A stretch of DNA of 64,000 nt from Raillietiella orientalis. Lineage: Eukaryota. Each line of letters starts with the position of its first letter. Position 1 is the first letter of the stretch. This document shows positions 61,413 through 64,000 of the stretch, in pieces. Both the position numbers and the translations under genes were made by a program. The notes under the pieces are model-generated. The model worked only from the letters and a program-made list of their open reading frames with translations, was not told the DNA's origin and did no database searches. The stretch spans positions 2,232,001-2,296,000 of the forward strand of contig JAYWIR010000020.1 of the NCBI GenBank assembly GCA_036172245.1, given 5' to 3'.

Positions 61413-64000
61413 TGTGATTGATAGATCGATGGCCACATCGAAGTCGTGTCGTTGTCGCGCCCTTCCAGCTTTAGAAATCTTTGCTGCCTCTCAGGGAATC
61501 AGCTGACTCGACGTGCCGCAAATAACGAAACAAGAAGCAACGGCCGGTTTTCTGCTGCCTCCTGGATTATCATGCCATTGGGTACGATTTTCTGGAAATG
61601 GTCGAGATTCCGTTGCTGACCCAAGAGTCGCTAAGACGGAGAAGGAGCACCTTGCGAACACGGGTTCGCAAGGTGCTCCTTCTCCGTTTTCTCAGAATGG
61701 AAGCAATGTTCTCAAAAGTCTTTGACGGACTGCCATGCCTTTCGGGCATGTTTACCTATTAAATTCTTCCATAACAAATTTTCTATCTAGAAAGGTATCT
61801 AGAAAAGTAGGTTCCAAATTCTCCGTTATTTTTTTCCTATGGCAATAAAATTTATTCAAAGAACTTTTGCGCTCAAAGAACTACTCTGGGGCCTGTGAAA
61901 CGATCTGGCGCATTTTTTGGACATGAAAAAATATCGTCGAATAAAGGTCTTTTTTTTTTTTTTTTTTTCTAATCGCTCACAAAGAGCTCAAAGCAAAGCC
62001 GCCTTGCCTTTCAGCCAACTAGATGGCTGCTAAGATTTTCCTTTACAGTTTCCAATGCTTGTCTGATTACGCTCTCCAGTGAGAGAGTCCGTGTTTGTTT
62101 GTTTGTGAAGTATTCCAATTCGTGTTCTTGATTTCCTCTTCCGTGTTTCGAAGCGTTGGATCCAAGCTCCTTTATTCACATTCCGCCTCTCGAGGTCTTG
62201 CTTGTCCCCAGCTCAGGTTCTTTTTTGTTTTGCTGACTAACTGTAACTTCCTGGAATGATGGCTTGCACCATTTCACAATTTCCTTCCACTGCCATCCTG
62301 TCCACCATCCGCATTTTTTCGGGAGCGCTATTTATTTCTCTTCAGTTCTTGCAGTGATATGCATCGAGTTCTCATTAGTCTGAAGATGGTCATTAACGTC
62401 GACTGACTGGACGCGACTCACTTCCTTTTCCTTTTTTGCTGATGGTTCACGCGCTCAATTTATGCGCCTTTAAAATTCTATCCGCTGCTTCCCCTTTACC
62501 TTTTTGCGCTTCATTGAGAAATATCTATCTTCACGTTCATATTCAAGTTTTCATCTTCTCATTACTACTTTCACGTAAAATAAAATAAAAAAAAAAGAAA
62601 GACGTGCAATAAATCGATGCAAGTAGTCTTCTCGAGATTCCAAACAACAGACCTCATAGTCACCACCAGTTGATAAAAACGTTCCAAGTACTACGTGGCT
62701 GTAAACACTCATGTGCGAGCGGGGGGGGGAGAGCACCTACCAATCCTCACGAATGCTGAGATAACATGGTCTTCTACGTGCGGTTTGTATTACGGTTAAG
62801 GTCCTCATCATAAGTATTCGGCCTGCTTGCTTATTTACTGATCGGTTCCTCTACTTCTCGGTATTTGATTTCGCCTTCATCCTCAAAAATCCGCTGCCGA
62901 CCTCCTAACAGTTTCACAAACGGTTCCTGAGCATTCTAAGGGTAGCAGACAACTCGAGTGGTCAAGATGCTTTCTCAACAGTAAAGTATGTAAACTGTGT
63001 GACCGGTAATGATGGTTTATCGTGTCAAGTATCTTCAAAAGCTTGCAATGAATCCTGCTGTACCACGGAGAAAAGGATGGGACTTGTCGCAAAATCCATC
63101 CTACGCGCTTATTCCTTGTGTTTTTGCGATCTCTGTTTTGACAGGCAGCGCTTTTTTTTTTTTTTTTTTAAAAAAAAAAAGAAAAAGAAAAGTGTTCCAT
63201 AAATCTGATTAAGAACTGAATTAAATTTTTTGCTGCTTGAGAAAACAGAGAGGGGCAAACGTGAAAACCGTGACGAAAGCAAAGCTCTGTACGATTCTGT
63301 CACTGACGTGCTCAGGAATCAGTGAGTTTAAGTTTGAGTGGTCTTGGAGACAGCAGAACATTCGAGGAACTTTCCATTTGTACGCTGCGAATGCTTTCGC
63401 ATCCATCAATGTGGCACGACTTTTCCTCAAACTAAATAAATTCTCTGCGTTACGAAACAAGCAAGCGTCCACTTGGCATTAGCAACGTCAGTGATATAAT
63501 TATGATGCACAAATGTAAACACAATACTCATCTTTTTTTCCTCCTTTTCTAGATTACCTCTCCACTGTCTTATTTCCATCTCCATGATAGCTGGGAATGC
63601 GTACCTCTCCCTCCCTCCGCATCTCCAAGTGGGGAAAAGAGCTCAGCATTGTTCTTTAACAGTGCTGTTCCTACGAATTGCGATGACAGTGGTCAGTACA
63701 CCAATAAACCTACTGGACGGTTCAGGTGCCTCGGCAGCGAGACCCACTTACTCGTTGGAGGCTCTTTCTCCCAATGAAAGAAATCCCAGTCTCTTCACTT
63801 CGATGAAGCAGACACGGTGGAATCCTGCTGGAGAGTAAGATTTTGTTTTTCAGCAGGCTAAGAAACACAAAAAGGTCGATGTTGCTCGAAAATAAATACG
63901 AGCAAAGTCTTCCAACAGGAATATTCCAAACACAAACACACACTAAAGTCGACTACTTCCGGTGATTCCGAGCTGGAATGAAACGTACGGGATAAATGAA

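Noticed and set aside
1..64000. CRISPR arrays, rRNA/tRNA genes, operons or prophage
   Set aside because: I saw no regularly spaced repeat-spacer array or RNA-gene signature. The genes have spliceosomal introns and the DNA is eukaryotic.

Overview
Eukaryotic genomic DNA from an invertebrate animal, probably an arthropod (inferred from a methuselah-like GPCR, mariner/hAT/L1-type elements and CpG-poor housekeeping gene bodies). There are no prokaryotic features, and most long ORFs in the GC-rich parts are artefacts. Supported genes: (1) an unidentified multi-exon gene (+, at least 11372-14327) with 35-55 nt introns; (2) RACK1 (-, 15428-16838, 6 coding exons, 317 aa) with a TCT/TOP-like start motif; (3) a PP2A catalytic subunit (+, from 23542, 311 aa); (4) a CFAP299/C4orf22-like gene (-) whose N-terminal exons are recognisable but whose C-terminus is not; (5) a methuselah-like GPCR (+, 41744 to about 51381) with three tandem Cys-rich ectodomain modules. 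Mobile DNA: several decayed L1/Tx1-like LINE 3' segments, a 1164-bp Buster/SPIN-type hAT with a perfect 8-bp TSD nested in one of them, and a 911-bp palindromic mariner derivative. The most interesting observation is in the PP2A gene. It has two paralogous 73-nt last exons, each with its own AATAAA, encoding different versions of the normally invariant TPDYFL regulatory tail (TLDYFL and TPEYFL). The introns flanking the first of these exons are complementary over 27 bp, so the pre-mRNA can loop out exon A and its poly(A) site. This looks like an RNA-structure-controlled switch of the PP2A tail. All splice models and alignments were made by eye, without transcript or database evidence.
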